Shown here in pieces: positions 56,105-64,000 of a stretch of 64,000 nt of DNA. Positions within the stretch are counted from its first letter, which is position 1, and every line of letters starts with the position of its first letter. The position numbers and the translations under genes were made by a program. The notes under the pieces were generated by a model. It saw only the letters and a list, made by a program, of their open reading frames with translations, was not told the origin of the DNA and ran no database searches. This DNA is from Anaerolineales bacterium (GTDB taxonomy: Bacteria > Chloroflexota > Anaerolineae > Anaerolineales > E44-bin32): NCBI GenBank assembly GCA_034417075.1, contig DAOULU010000012.1, forward strand, positions 211,342-275,341, read 5' to 3'.

Positions 56105-57427
56105 TCAATCCAACTCTTCTCGCTCGGCTTCTTGAATGGCGTGGTCGAGGATCTCCAGGCCTTCGTCGATCAATTGCGTCGTAATGTTGAGCGCCGGTGC
56201 AATGCGCAGTGTGCTTTCACCGCATCCCATGGTTAATAAGCCTTTGTGAAACGCATGCAGCTCTACGCTTTTACGCAGGGATTGTGCCGGCTCGCGAGTT
56301 TGGAGATCCTTGACGAATTCGACGCCAATCATCAAGCCTTTGCCTCGGACTTCACCGATGCTCGGATGGTGTGCCTGCAGTTCCGCCAAGGCATCTAACG
56401 CGTATTGGCCGACTTCCGCCGCGTTTTGCATCATACCGTCTTCGATCAATTCCAGCGTTGCCAATGCGGCAGCGCATGCGATCGGATTGCCCCCGTAGGT
56501 GTTTCCATGCGCTCCACTAGGCCAATTCATGACGCTTTCCCTGGCGATGATGCCTCCGAGGGGAATACCGGATGCAATGCCTTTCGCCGTGCATACGATG
56601 TCCGGTTCGACGTTCCAATGTTCGACAGCCCACCATTTGCCCGTTCGTCCGACACCCGATTGAACTTCATCCACAATGAGCAGGATGCCGTGTTGATTAC
56701 ACAATTCACGCAACGCCGGGAAAAAACCGTCCGTTGGTAGGACGTAGCCGCCTTCGCCCTGGATCGGTTCAACGAGGATGCCGGCGCAGTTCTCCGGGGG
56801 CAGCATCTTTTGGAAGACGACATCGCGAATATACTGCACTACGGTCTCCCCGTAATCTTCGTTTGTCGAGGCAAGCAGCGGTCGGTAGGGATTTGGATAC
56901 GGGACATGCGTCACACCGTCCATGACCGGGAAGAACCCCCGGCGGTAGGTGGGTTTACTCGCGGTGAATGCCAAAGAACCCAACGTACGGCCGTGAAAAC
57001 CACCAATGAAGCCAATAAATTGCTGGCGGCCGGTGTGATAACGGGCCAATTTAATCGCCGCTTCTACGGCTTCCGTTCCGGAATTTCCCAGGAAGATTTT
57101 TGCCGGTTCCCGGAATGGAGCCGTCGAAGCAAGTCTTTCTGAGTACTCTATCCAGATTGGATGATAGAAGTCAGAAGATATATGAAGGTACCGCTCTGAT
57201 TGTTTTCGTATCGCTTCTACCACTTTCGGATGGCAGTGGCCAGTCGAGCAAACTGCAATGCCCGAGGTGAAATCGACGTAGCGATTGCCATCGACGTCCC
57301 AAACTTCAGACCCCAGGCCATGATCCATCATGAACGGGTAAACACGTGGATAGGAAGGAGAAATCACCTTTTCGTCGCGCTTGAGGTAGCGTTTCGCTTG
57401 CTTTCCCGGTACAGGAAGATTCCGCAT
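56105..57427 (-). CDS. class-III PLP-dependent aminotransferase (GABA/acetylornithine aminotransferase-like)
   Basis: Motifs GNSGTEAVE, DEVQSGVGRTGKWWA and PLP-lysine context TAKGIASG. Confidence 0.9.
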   Translation of the reverse strand: MRNLPVPGKQAKRYLKRDEKVISPSYPRVYPFMMDHGLGSEVWDVDGNRYVDFTSGIAVCSTGHCHPKVVEAIRKQSERYLHISSDFYHPIWIEYSERLASTAPFREPAKIFLGNSGTEAVEAAIKLARYHTGRQQFIGFIGGFHGRTLGSLAFTASKPTYRRGFFPVMDGVTHVPYPNPYRPLLASTNEDYGETVVQYIRDVVFQKMLPPENCAGILVEPIQGEGGYVLPTDGFFPALRELCNQHGILLIVDEVQSGVGRTGKWWAVEHWNVEPDIVCTAKGIASGIPLGGIIARESVMNWPSGAHGNTYGGNPIACAAALATLELIEDGMMQNAAEVGQYALDALAELQAHHPSIGEVRGKGLMIGVEFVKDLQTREPAQSLRKSVELHAFHKGLLTMGCGESTLRIAPALNITTQLIDEGLEILDHAIQEAEREELD

Positions 57428-57609
57428 CCTTTTTCACCTCCAAGTGAAAATATGCTTTACCGTTTAAATGGTTCAACTCGACTCTCCTCTACTAAGAGAG
57501 GGCCACTTTCGTAATTATATCATTCCGATTTTGCGTCTATTCAGTTCCGTTGTATAAAGAGTATAGAGGATCCGACCCTTCACGATTGAGCGATCGAAGG
57601 AGAGTGGTG

Positions 57610-59301
57610 ATGATGAAAGAACATCCTTGGTTTAAGTTCTATGATGAGGGGGTACCAAAACATATCGACTACCCAAAGATCAATCTCCAGCACATTCTTA
57701 CAGAATCGGCACAAGCGTATCCCCAACGGGCTTGCACCATTTTCAAAGGCGCAGAAATCACCTACGCTGAGATGGACGAACTCTCGGATCGACTCGCAGC
57801 CGGTCTGACGGATCTTGGCGTCAGGAAGGGCGCACCGGTCGGCATATTCATGGTGAACTTACCCCAATACGTACTTGCCTTCTATGCCATTCTGAAAGCG
57901 GGAGGCGTCGTCGTCGCTTTTAATCCCCTGTATAAGGCACGCGAGATCGTGCATCAGGTCAATGATTCTGGCATCGAGATCATGATTGCCGCGAGTATGT
58001 ATTACGAGAAAATCAAGGCCGTGCGAGATCAGACCACCCTGAAAACCCTCGTGGTGACCAACCTGAAAGAAGCGTTGCCCGGATTACTGCGATTCCTGTT
58101 TACGCTAACCATGGAAAAGAAGGGCGGACATCGCGTCACTCTCGATGAAGAAGATGTGTGGATGCGCGATCTGATCGATAGACACACTCCCGATGATATC
58201 CCGAAGGTGGATGTAGGTACGGATGACGTTGCCTTGTATCAATATAGCGGAGGAACCACCGGTCTTTCGAAAGCGGCCATCGCCTTGCACCGAAATCTCG
58301 TCGCAAATACGCTCCAGATTCGGGCTTTCAATCCCAATTTGAGGATGGGTGAAGAGGTCGTATTGATGGCAATCCCGATGTTTCACGTCTATGGATTGGT
58401 GGCGGGCATGACGTTTGGTATTTCATCGGGCGCTACGTTGGTGATTCAACCCGATCCGCGTGAAACGGATGAAATACTTGCTTTGATATCCAAATACAGG
58501 CCAACGATTTACCCAGGCGTACCTGCGATGTACAACGCCATCAACAATCACCCGGATGTGCAGGCAGGGAAGACGGATGTGAGTTCGATACAGGCTTGTA
58601 TTTCGGGATCGGCACCCTTAATGCGAGAGACTAAAACGCTTTTCGAGAAACAGACCGGCGGAAAACTGGTCGAGGGCTATGGCCTCTCGGAGGCGCCGAC
58701 GGCAACCCACTGTAATCCTCTTTACGGGCTGAATAAGGAGGGTTCGATTGGGTTGCCGCTGCCCGACGTCGATGCGCGTATCATTTCCCTCGACGATGAA
58801 ACGACGGTGCTTGGCCCCGGCGAAGTCGGCGAGTTGGTGATCCAAGGACCGCAGGTCATGAAGGGCTATCACAACATGCCCACAGAGACGGCGAACGCGC
58901 TGCGGGATGGTTGGTTGTATACCGGTGATATCGCTCGCATGGATGAGGATGGATATTTCTTCATCGTCGACCGCAAGAAAGAGTTGATTAAACCGAGTGG
59001 GTATCAGGTTTGGCCGCGTGAGGTCGAGGAGGTCATTTCCGAGCACCCGGGCGTTTTGGAAGTAGGCGTGGCAGGCATTCCAGACGCCTATCGAGGAGAA
59101 ACGGTCAAGGCGTGGGTGGTGCTCAAACCCGGTGAGACGACTTCGGTCGACGACATTCGAGCCTGGTGTAAGGAGAGAATGGCGGCGTACAAGGTGCCCA
59201 CGCAAGTCGAATTTCGGGACGAGCTACCGAAAACGACGGTCGGAAAAATCCTGCGCCGGGAACTGGTCCGTCAACACCGGGAGAGTGAGGAAAAAGCGTA
59301 G
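57610..59301 (+). CDS. long-chain fatty acid--CoA ligase (AMP-binding family)
   Basis: AMP motif YQYSGGTTGLSKAA, plus GYGLSEA, YTGDIARMDEDGYFFIVDRKK and C-terminal GKILRREL. ATG 57610 follows a gaaggagag RBS; the track start is TTG 57550. Confidence 0.9.
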   Translation: MMKEHPWFKFYDEGVPKHIDYPKINLQHILTESAQAYPQRACTIFKGAEITYAEMDELSDRLAAGLTDLGVRKGAPVGIFMVNLPQYVLAFYAILKAGGVVVAFNPLYKAREIVHQVNDSGIEIMIAASMYYEKIKAVRDQTTLKTLVVTNLKEALPGLLRFLFTLTMEKKGGHRVTLDEEDVWMRDLIDRHTPDDIPKVDVGTDDVALYQYSGGTTGLSKAAIALHRNLVANTLQIRAFNPNLRMGEEVVLMAIPMFHVYGLVAGMTFGISSGATLVIQPDPRETDEILALISKYRPTIYPGVPAMYNAINNHPDVQAGKTDVSSIQACISGSAPLMRETKTLFEKQTGGKLVEGYGLSEAPTATHCNPLYGLNKEGSIGLPLPDVDARIISLDDETTVLGPGEVGELVIQGPQVMKGYHNMPTETANALRDGWLYTGDIARMDEDGYFFIVDRKKELIKPSGYQVWPREVEEVISEHPGVLEVGVAGIPDAYRGETVKAWVVLKPGETTSVDDIRAWCKERMAAYKVPTQVEFRDELPKTTVGKILRRELVRQHRESEEKA

Positions 59302-59341
59302 GCAGGTTATCGTCATAGCTTTCGACACTCATCGAAAAACG

Positions 59342-59382
59342 AAAAAGGCTGTCCGTTTGGATCATCGGACAGCCTTTCGTTT
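59342..59382. terminator. bidirectional intrinsic terminator between the acyl-CoA ligase gene and ftsH
   Basis: Perfect 12-bp stem aaaggctgtccg (59344-59355) / cggacagccttt (59366-59377), A-run upstream, T-rich downstream. Confidence 0.7.
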
Positions 59383-59403
59383 AAGTAGACTGCTATTGGC
59401 TTG

Positions 59404-61278
59404 CTAATCGCCGGCAGCAGGCAGGGGTATCGGAGTTCCACTGTTCTTCGGTAGAACTGGTTCTGCGAACATTTGGGAAAATTCATCGCGATCCAGTGTT
59501 TCCACCTCGATGAGGCGCAGCGCGATGGTTTCGAGCTGATCCCGGTATTTCGTGAGAATGTCACGCGCGCGCGTGTGTGCCTCCCGGACCAATTGACGAA
59601 CCTCGTCATCGATCAATTCGGCGATGTTTTCAGAGTAGTCTCGTTGTTCGCCGATCTCACGTCCGAGGAACACCAGTTCCTCTTTCTGACCATAGACCAT
59701 CGGACCAAGAGAATCGCTCATCCCCAGGCGGGTGACCATCGAGCGGGCCAGCTTGGTAACCCGCTCGAGATCGTTGGACGCCCCGGATGTGATGTCGTTG
59801 AATACGATCTCTTCCGCGGCACGCCCACCGAGCCCGAATGCGAGATCAGCCTTCATCTTGTTTTTCGAAATCAGCGTGCGATCTTCTTCCGGAAGCGCCA
59901 AGGTGTAGCCGCCCATCATGCCTCGTGCGATGATGCTCACCTTGTGCACGGGATCCGCTTCCGGGATGACGTGGGCGATGATTGCGTGTCCCGCTTCGTG
60001 ATAGGCGACGATGCGTTTTTCTTCTTCACTGATGATACGGCTCTTTCTTTCCGGACCGGCGATGACGCGTTCGATCGACTCTTCGAACTCCGATTGTCCA
60101 ATCGTGCGCTTGTCTCGTCGAGCGGCAAGGATCGCGGCTTCGTTGACCAAATTCTCAAGGTCGGCGCCAACAAAACCGGGAGTGGATTTGGCGATAATGT
60201 TGAGATCGACATCGACTTCCAACGGCTTCCCTTTCGTGTGGACCTTCAGGATCGCCTCACGCCCTCGCATATCCGGACGATCGAGAACGACACGCCGGTC
60301 GAATCTTCCGGGACGGAGCAGGGCGGGGTCTAGAATATCAGGTCGGTTGGTAGCCGCCATGATGATTACGTTGGTGTCAGTGTCGAAACCGTCCATTTCG
60401 ACCAGCATCTGATTGAGCGTTTGTTCTCGCTCGTCATGACTACCGCCGAGACCCGCGCCGCGGTGGCGGCCGACGGCGTCGATTTCATCGACGAAGACGA
60501 TGCACGGGGAGTGCCGCTTGGCTTGATCGAAGAGGTCGCGGACTCGGCTCGCACCGACGCCGACGAACATTTCGACGAATTCAGAACCTGAGATCGAGAA
60601 GAAAGGCACGCCCGCCTCGCCGGATACCGCTTTCGCCATCATGGTCTTTCCGGTGCCTGGAGCACCGATCAGAAGAACGCCTTTCGGTATCCGTGCGCCA
60701 AGGGTGATGAACTTTTCGGGTTCCTTGAGAAATTCTACAACCTCTTGTAGCTCTTCCTTGGCTTCCTCGACTCCTGCGACGTCCTCAAATGTGATCGTCG
60801 GTTGATCACCGGTGAACATGCGCGCACGGCTCTTGCCAAACGACAGCGCCTGGTTGTTGCTACCTTGCGCTTGGCGCAGCATGAACCAGATCAATCCCAC
60901 AACAAGCAGAGCTGGTAGGATGTACGTTATCAGACTGAGGACTGTGTTCCAATCACTCGGTTCTTTGATTTCGAGTTCAAAGGGATTCTCTGCTAGAAAT
61001 TCAGGCGTGAGTCCGAAATCGATTAACTGACCCACGAGTGTTTTCGTGGGCTCCTTGCGGCTGATGGCCGTCTTTCCCGGTTGGTTGTATTCCACCTCGA
61101 GATCGTTGTCATTGACAACGATCTTGGCGACTTCACCGGCTTTAATCTTATCGACCAGTTCATTGAACGACAACCGCTCAGGTTGGTTGTTGCTATCACG
61201 CATGAAAAAAAGCAATACGACGATACTCAACAGCAGGAGTATAAAAAAAACTGAATTCCTGCTTCGGGGAGCATTCAC
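59404..61278 (-). CDS. ftsH: ATP-dependent zinc metalloprotease FtsH
   Basis: N-terminal TM segments, Walker A GAPGTGKT, Walker [12 protein letters not shown] region, zinc site HEAGHAI. Confidence 0.95.
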   Translation of the reverse strand: MNAPRSRNSVFFILLLLSIVVLLFFMRDSNNQPERLSFNELVDKIKAGEVAKIVVNDNDLEVEYNQPGKTAISRKEPTKTLVGQLIDFGLTPEFLAENPFELEIKEPSDWNTVLSLITYILPALLVVGLIWFMLRQAQGSNNQALSFGKSRARMFTGDQPTITFEDVAGVEEAKEELQEVVEFLKEPEKFITLGARIPKGVLLIGAPGTGKTMMAKAVSGEAGVPFFSISGSEFVEMFVGVGASRVRDLFDQAKRHSPCIVFVDEIDAVGRHRGAGLGGSHDEREQTLNQMLVEMDGFDTDTNVIIMAATNRPDILDPALLRPGRFDRRVVLDRPDMRGREAILKVHTKGKPLEVDVDLNIIAKSTPGFVGADLENLVNEAAILAARRDKRTIGQSEFEESIERVIAGPERKSRIISEEEKRIVAYHEAGHAIIAHVIPEADPVHKVSIIARGMMGGYTLALPEEDRTLISKNKMKADLAFGLGGRAAEEIVFNDITSGASNDLERVTKLARSMVTRLGMSDSLGPMVYGQKEELVFLGREIGEQRDYSENIAELIDDEVRQLVREAHTRARDILTKYRDQLETIALRLIEVETLDRDEFSQMFAEPVLPKNSGTPIPLPAAGD

Positions 61279-61435
61279 ATCAACCTCCTACAAAACGACG
61301 CGAACTTGTACTAACCCAATTCTTCCGAATTATATCATCTAACAAATCGTGCGTGGATGTGTACGTGGCACGTGGAGCGGAAATTAACGCGATCATTCCC
61401 TTTTATCGGAGCGCAGGACAAGTATGCGGTACTTA

Positions 61436-62479
61436 CTATGGAGAATTGAGCGGACAGGAAGGATAAAGCAAACATACCCATAACCAAAGCGGTATCAAGC
61501 CTCCGACGGCGACAAAGGCGAGAAGTGCGAGGATGACGGTAGCCCAATCGATGCGTGCCGGTGAGGGAGACGCTATCTCTGAAGTAAACGCATCGGGGTC
61601 ATTTTCGGCCGGAGGCGGCATTTGGTAGGATCGAGCAGGTAGCGACTGCAGTTGTTCGGCATAGGTCATTAAAACACGACCGAATTGGTCTGCAGTGCGA
61701 TAGCGTGCAGATGGTTCCTTCGAGAGTACTTTCGCCGTTATACGCTCGAGGACTTCGGGGATGTCTGGACGGAGTTGGCTTATACGCGGAGGTTTTGCAC
61801 TCTGGTGAAGCAGGGCAAGTTCGTTAGCGTCGTCCGCCTGGAAGGGGGTGCGGTTGGTTAGAATCTCGAAGAACGTGACGCCGAGTGCATACACGTCGGA
61901 AGCGAATGTTGGCGGACGACCGGCAGCCTGCTCTGGGGCGATATACAAAGGGCTACCCCAAACGACCTCGCTGTGCTCATCTGGCTGAATGGATGCGAGT
62001 GCACGGGCGATGCCGAAATCGGTTATTTTGGCTACGCCGTCGTTGCCCACCAATACGTTTTGTGGTTTGAGATCGCAATGGATGAGGCCGGCGCGGTGCG
62101 CATAGCCAACCCCGGCACAGATTTGAATCATCAAGTCGACCGCTTCCGGGATAGGCAGGGCGCCTCGTCGTCGGATGAGAGTCTTGAGATCCGTGCCAGG
62201 AACCAATTCCAATACGATGAAGTATCGATCCGAGTCAATACCGAAATCGAATATCGTGACAATGTTGGGGTGGGCCAGGTTGGCTGCTGCTCTCGCCTCA
62301 TGAAGGAAGCTTGCCTGGAAGGCGGGGTCGGAAGTGAGATCATCGCGCAATAGCTTGATGGCGACTTCCCGTTGGAGGCTCAAATCACGGGCGCGATAAA
62401 CTTCAGCCATGCCTCCACGGCCGAGTGAGCCAATGATTTCGTATCTTCGTCCCAGTGGTGCTCCAAAATTGTTGATCAT
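61436..62479 (-). CDS. Ser/Thr protein kinase (Hanks type) with C-terminal membrane anchor
   Basis: GRGGMAEVY...AIK, catalytic loop HCDLKPQNVL, DFG, APE. C-terminal TM VILALLAFVAVGGLIPLWLWV. Confidence 0.9.
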   Translation of the reverse strand: MINNFGAPLGRRYEIIGSLGRGGMAEVYRARDLSLQREVAIKLLRDDLTSDPAFQASFLHEARAAANLAHPNIVTIFDFGIDSDRYFIVLELVPGTDLKTLIRRRGALPIPEAVDLMIQICAGVGYAHRAGLIHCDLKPQNVLVGNDGVAKITDFGIARALASIQPDEHSEVVWGSPLYIAPEQAAGRPPTFASDVYALGVTFFEILTNRTPFQADDANELALLHQSAKPPRISQLRPDIPEVLERITAKVLSKEPSARYRTADQFGRVLMTYAEQLQSLPARSYQMPPPAENDPDAFTSEIASPSPARIDWATVILALLAFVAVGGLIPLWLWVCLLYPSCPLNSP

Positions 62480-62622
62480 CGTCTCTCCCGTTGGGAATTC
62501 TAATCATGCCGCCCACTTTCGGCAACCATTATGGCATACCATTAGGTTATAATCGTGCACATCTGTAGGCAGGCTGAAATTCTAATCAGCGTTTCTCAAT
62601 CAATGGCGAGGCGTTAGCTCCG

Positions 62623-63135
62623 ATGCAAAATCGTTTTTTCCTCGAATTCAAGCTTTTTCTACAGCGAAATTGGCGTTGGTTTGTATTAGGGACAGGCTTG
62701 GGCGTGCTCGTGTTTATCATTGCGTTGATCCAAGGGTACGTCTCGCGGATTTCGAACATGGGTCAAGTCTCTGTGTTGCCGGGTCTGACCGTCGTGGCCA
62801 TTCCGACCGATACGCCACCCAATCCAACATCCCAGGCTACGCAAGCATCGACTGCAACGCAGTCTCCCACTTTGCTCCCTTCAACGGACGTGGAGATCGA
62901 CGTCGGGGAATGGGTCATCGTTGCGGATACGGATGGAGACCGGCTCAGAATTCGAACGCAACCGGGTCTATCGAGTGAAGTCGAATTTCTGGCTTACGAA
63001 AACGATGTCTTTCAGGTCGAAGGTGGGCCCGAGGATCGGGACGGTTATGTCTGGTGGTTTCTCGTCAATCCGTATGACAGCTCGAAATCTGGTTGGGCGG
63101 TGGCGAACTATCTGCGCAGGATGGAGAATCCTTGA
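62623..63135 (+). CDS. membrane-anchored bacterial SH3-domain protein
   Basis: N-terminal TM WFVLGTGLGVLVFIIALI, Thr/Pro/Gln linker. SH3b-like VIVADTDGDRLRIRTQPGLSSEV...GYVWWFLV...SGWAVANYL. Confidence 0.7.
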   Translation: MQNRFFLEFKLFLQRNWRWFVLGTGLGVLVFIIALIQGYVSRISNMGQVSVLPGLTVVAIPTDTPPNPTSQATQASTATQSPTLLPSTDVEIDVGEWVIVADTDGDRLRIRTQPGLSSEVEFLAYENDVFQVEGGPEDRDGYVWWFLVNPYDSSKSGWAVANYLRRMENP

Positions 63136-63193
63136 GTGGACGCCGGCTGATGAATGGGAGCGGAAGTCCATCTTTGTTCTCTGGAGAGGTTAG

Positions 63194-63538
63194 ATGGGAT
63201 CCAGGCCGATAAACATCACCCTGCGGCGCTCCGATGATGTACTCGTCATCGAATGGGACGATGGGCAGCGGGTGGAATACCCCCTCGCTGGTTTACGGGC
63301 AGCATGCCCGTGTGCCGAATGTCGACTGGCGCGTGAAGATAGAGATGCCACAGAATCGCCCAATTACCTCGAGATGCCTATCCCGCCCGAGGCCTCGGCT
63401 GAAATCCGCAGCATCGAGAAGGTGGGTAATTACGCAGTTCGTTTGATCTGGGATGATGGGCATGCGTATGGAATCTACTCGTGGGAATACCTGAAGGCGC
63501 TGTCTCCCGGAGAGCCAGCAGAGGGTAAACGGCAATGA
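63194..63538 (+). CDS. DUF971-family protein (gamma-butyrobetaine hydroxylase-like N-terminal domain)
   Basis: LVIEWDDGQRVEYPLAGLRAACPCAEC...VGNYAVRLIWDDGHAYGIYSWEYL matches the DUF971 pattern. Confidence 0.75.
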   Translation: MGSRPINITLRRSDDVLVIEWDDGQRVEYPLAGLRAACPCAECRLAREDRDATESPNYLEMPIPPEASAEIRSIEKVGNYAVRLIWDDGHAYGIYSWEYLKALSPGEPAEGKRQ

Positions 63539-64000
63539 GTCGAAAGCTTGACGATCTTCTCCGTCTGGCAGAGCAATCGTATATCCGCTTGGAAGCGGAA
63601 TTGCTGATCAGTTCCTGTGTGCACGATGGTGATCTATCTCCCATCAACGAATTGCTCCATGAATTGGTCGCAGCCGGGCCGGCGTCTTTGTTTGTGCTAC
63701 GAGACTTGCTGCAAATCATACGTATTTTGAAAGCGAACCTGAATCAGGAAAGCCTAAACGTTCGCCAGGATTTCAAGCAAGCACTCACGGATTTTGGTGT
63801 CCGCTTGCCAGACGTTATTTTCACCAGTGATCTCGGATCCTGGTGGCGGGATCAAGATCTCGCCCACGAAGCGCAAACTGCTGCCCTGAAATTAGGGCAT
63901 AACCGGGTTGTTTTGGTCGAAGAAATTTGTATTGAGACCGGCGACAAGGTCTCTCAATTGACCAGCAGGCTTGATCTGGTGGATGAATTGGAACACGCCG
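63535..64000 (+). CDS. hypothetical protein, 5' part (runs off the window end)
   Basis: ATG at 63535 overlaps the DUF971 stop (ATGA). My manual translation (MSRKLDDLLRLAEQSYIRLEAELL...) stays open to position 64000. Not in the supplied ORF track, presumably because it has no stop. Confidence 0.5.
   Translation, partial: MSRKLDDLLRLAEQSYIRLEAELLISSCVHDGDLSPINELLHELVAAGPASLFVLRDLLQIIRILKANLNQESLNVRQDFKQALTDFGVRLPDVIFTSDLGSWWRDQDLAHEAQTAALKLGHNRVVLVEEICIETGDKVSQLTSRLDLVDELEHA

Noticed and set aside
59473-60333. 286-aa plus-strand ORF inside ftsH
   Set aside because: Antisense to the unambiguous FtsH CDS, and no recognisable domain. Long antisense ORFs are expected in this codon-usage background.
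1-64000. Search for CRISPR arrays, rRNA, tRNA, prophage or defence-island signatures
   Set aside because: Reading the intergenic regions turned up no regularly spaced direct repeats, no rRNA-like stretches and no cloverleaf candidates. The only mobile-element trace is the IS701-like ORF at 32780..34018.

Overview
Gene-dense 64-kb bacterial chromosomal window with moderate GC and many TTG/GTG starts. All calls rest on motif recognition in the supplied translations and on reading the DNA by eye; no database search was run.

Left end: a suf Fe-S assembly operon (sufB 3' part, sufD, small ORF, sufS, sufU, Rieske ferredoxin), then ppdK and an APC permease fused to two Usp domains.

9.8-18.6 kb: an accessory-looking mix. 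It holds lipoproteins, a GT1 glycosyltransferase, a 5'-truncated sulfatase-like gene, two GNATs, a squalene/phytoene-synthase-like gene, a methyltransferase with a Trm112-like tail, and hotdog-fold enzymes.

Centre, 18.6-40.8 kb, is the most interesting part: a 22-kb signalling supercluster, entirely on the minus strand. Its contents are:
- an MglA-type Ras-like GTPase;
- six Roadblock/LC7 domains, two of them fused to receiver domains;
- four PATAN (DUF4388)-like domains;
- a membrane protein with a HAMP domain and no output domain;
- an IS701-like transposase homolog that appears to lack the first two catalytic Asp residues;
- a stand-alone receiver;
- a tandem array of three 1262-1421-aa soluble hybrid histidine kinases, each with an N-terminal LacI-type binding-protein-fold sensor domain.

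Right part: aldo/keto reductase, lipoprotein, DUF4157, msrA, lipid-synthesis genes, a DRG-like GTPase, CDF transporter, orphan ABC ATPase, CpXC protein, GAF-PAS kinase coupled to a class-III aminotransferase, acyl-CoA ligase, ftsH, a Ser/Thr kinase and small proteins.

No rRNA, tRNA or CRISPR array was seen.
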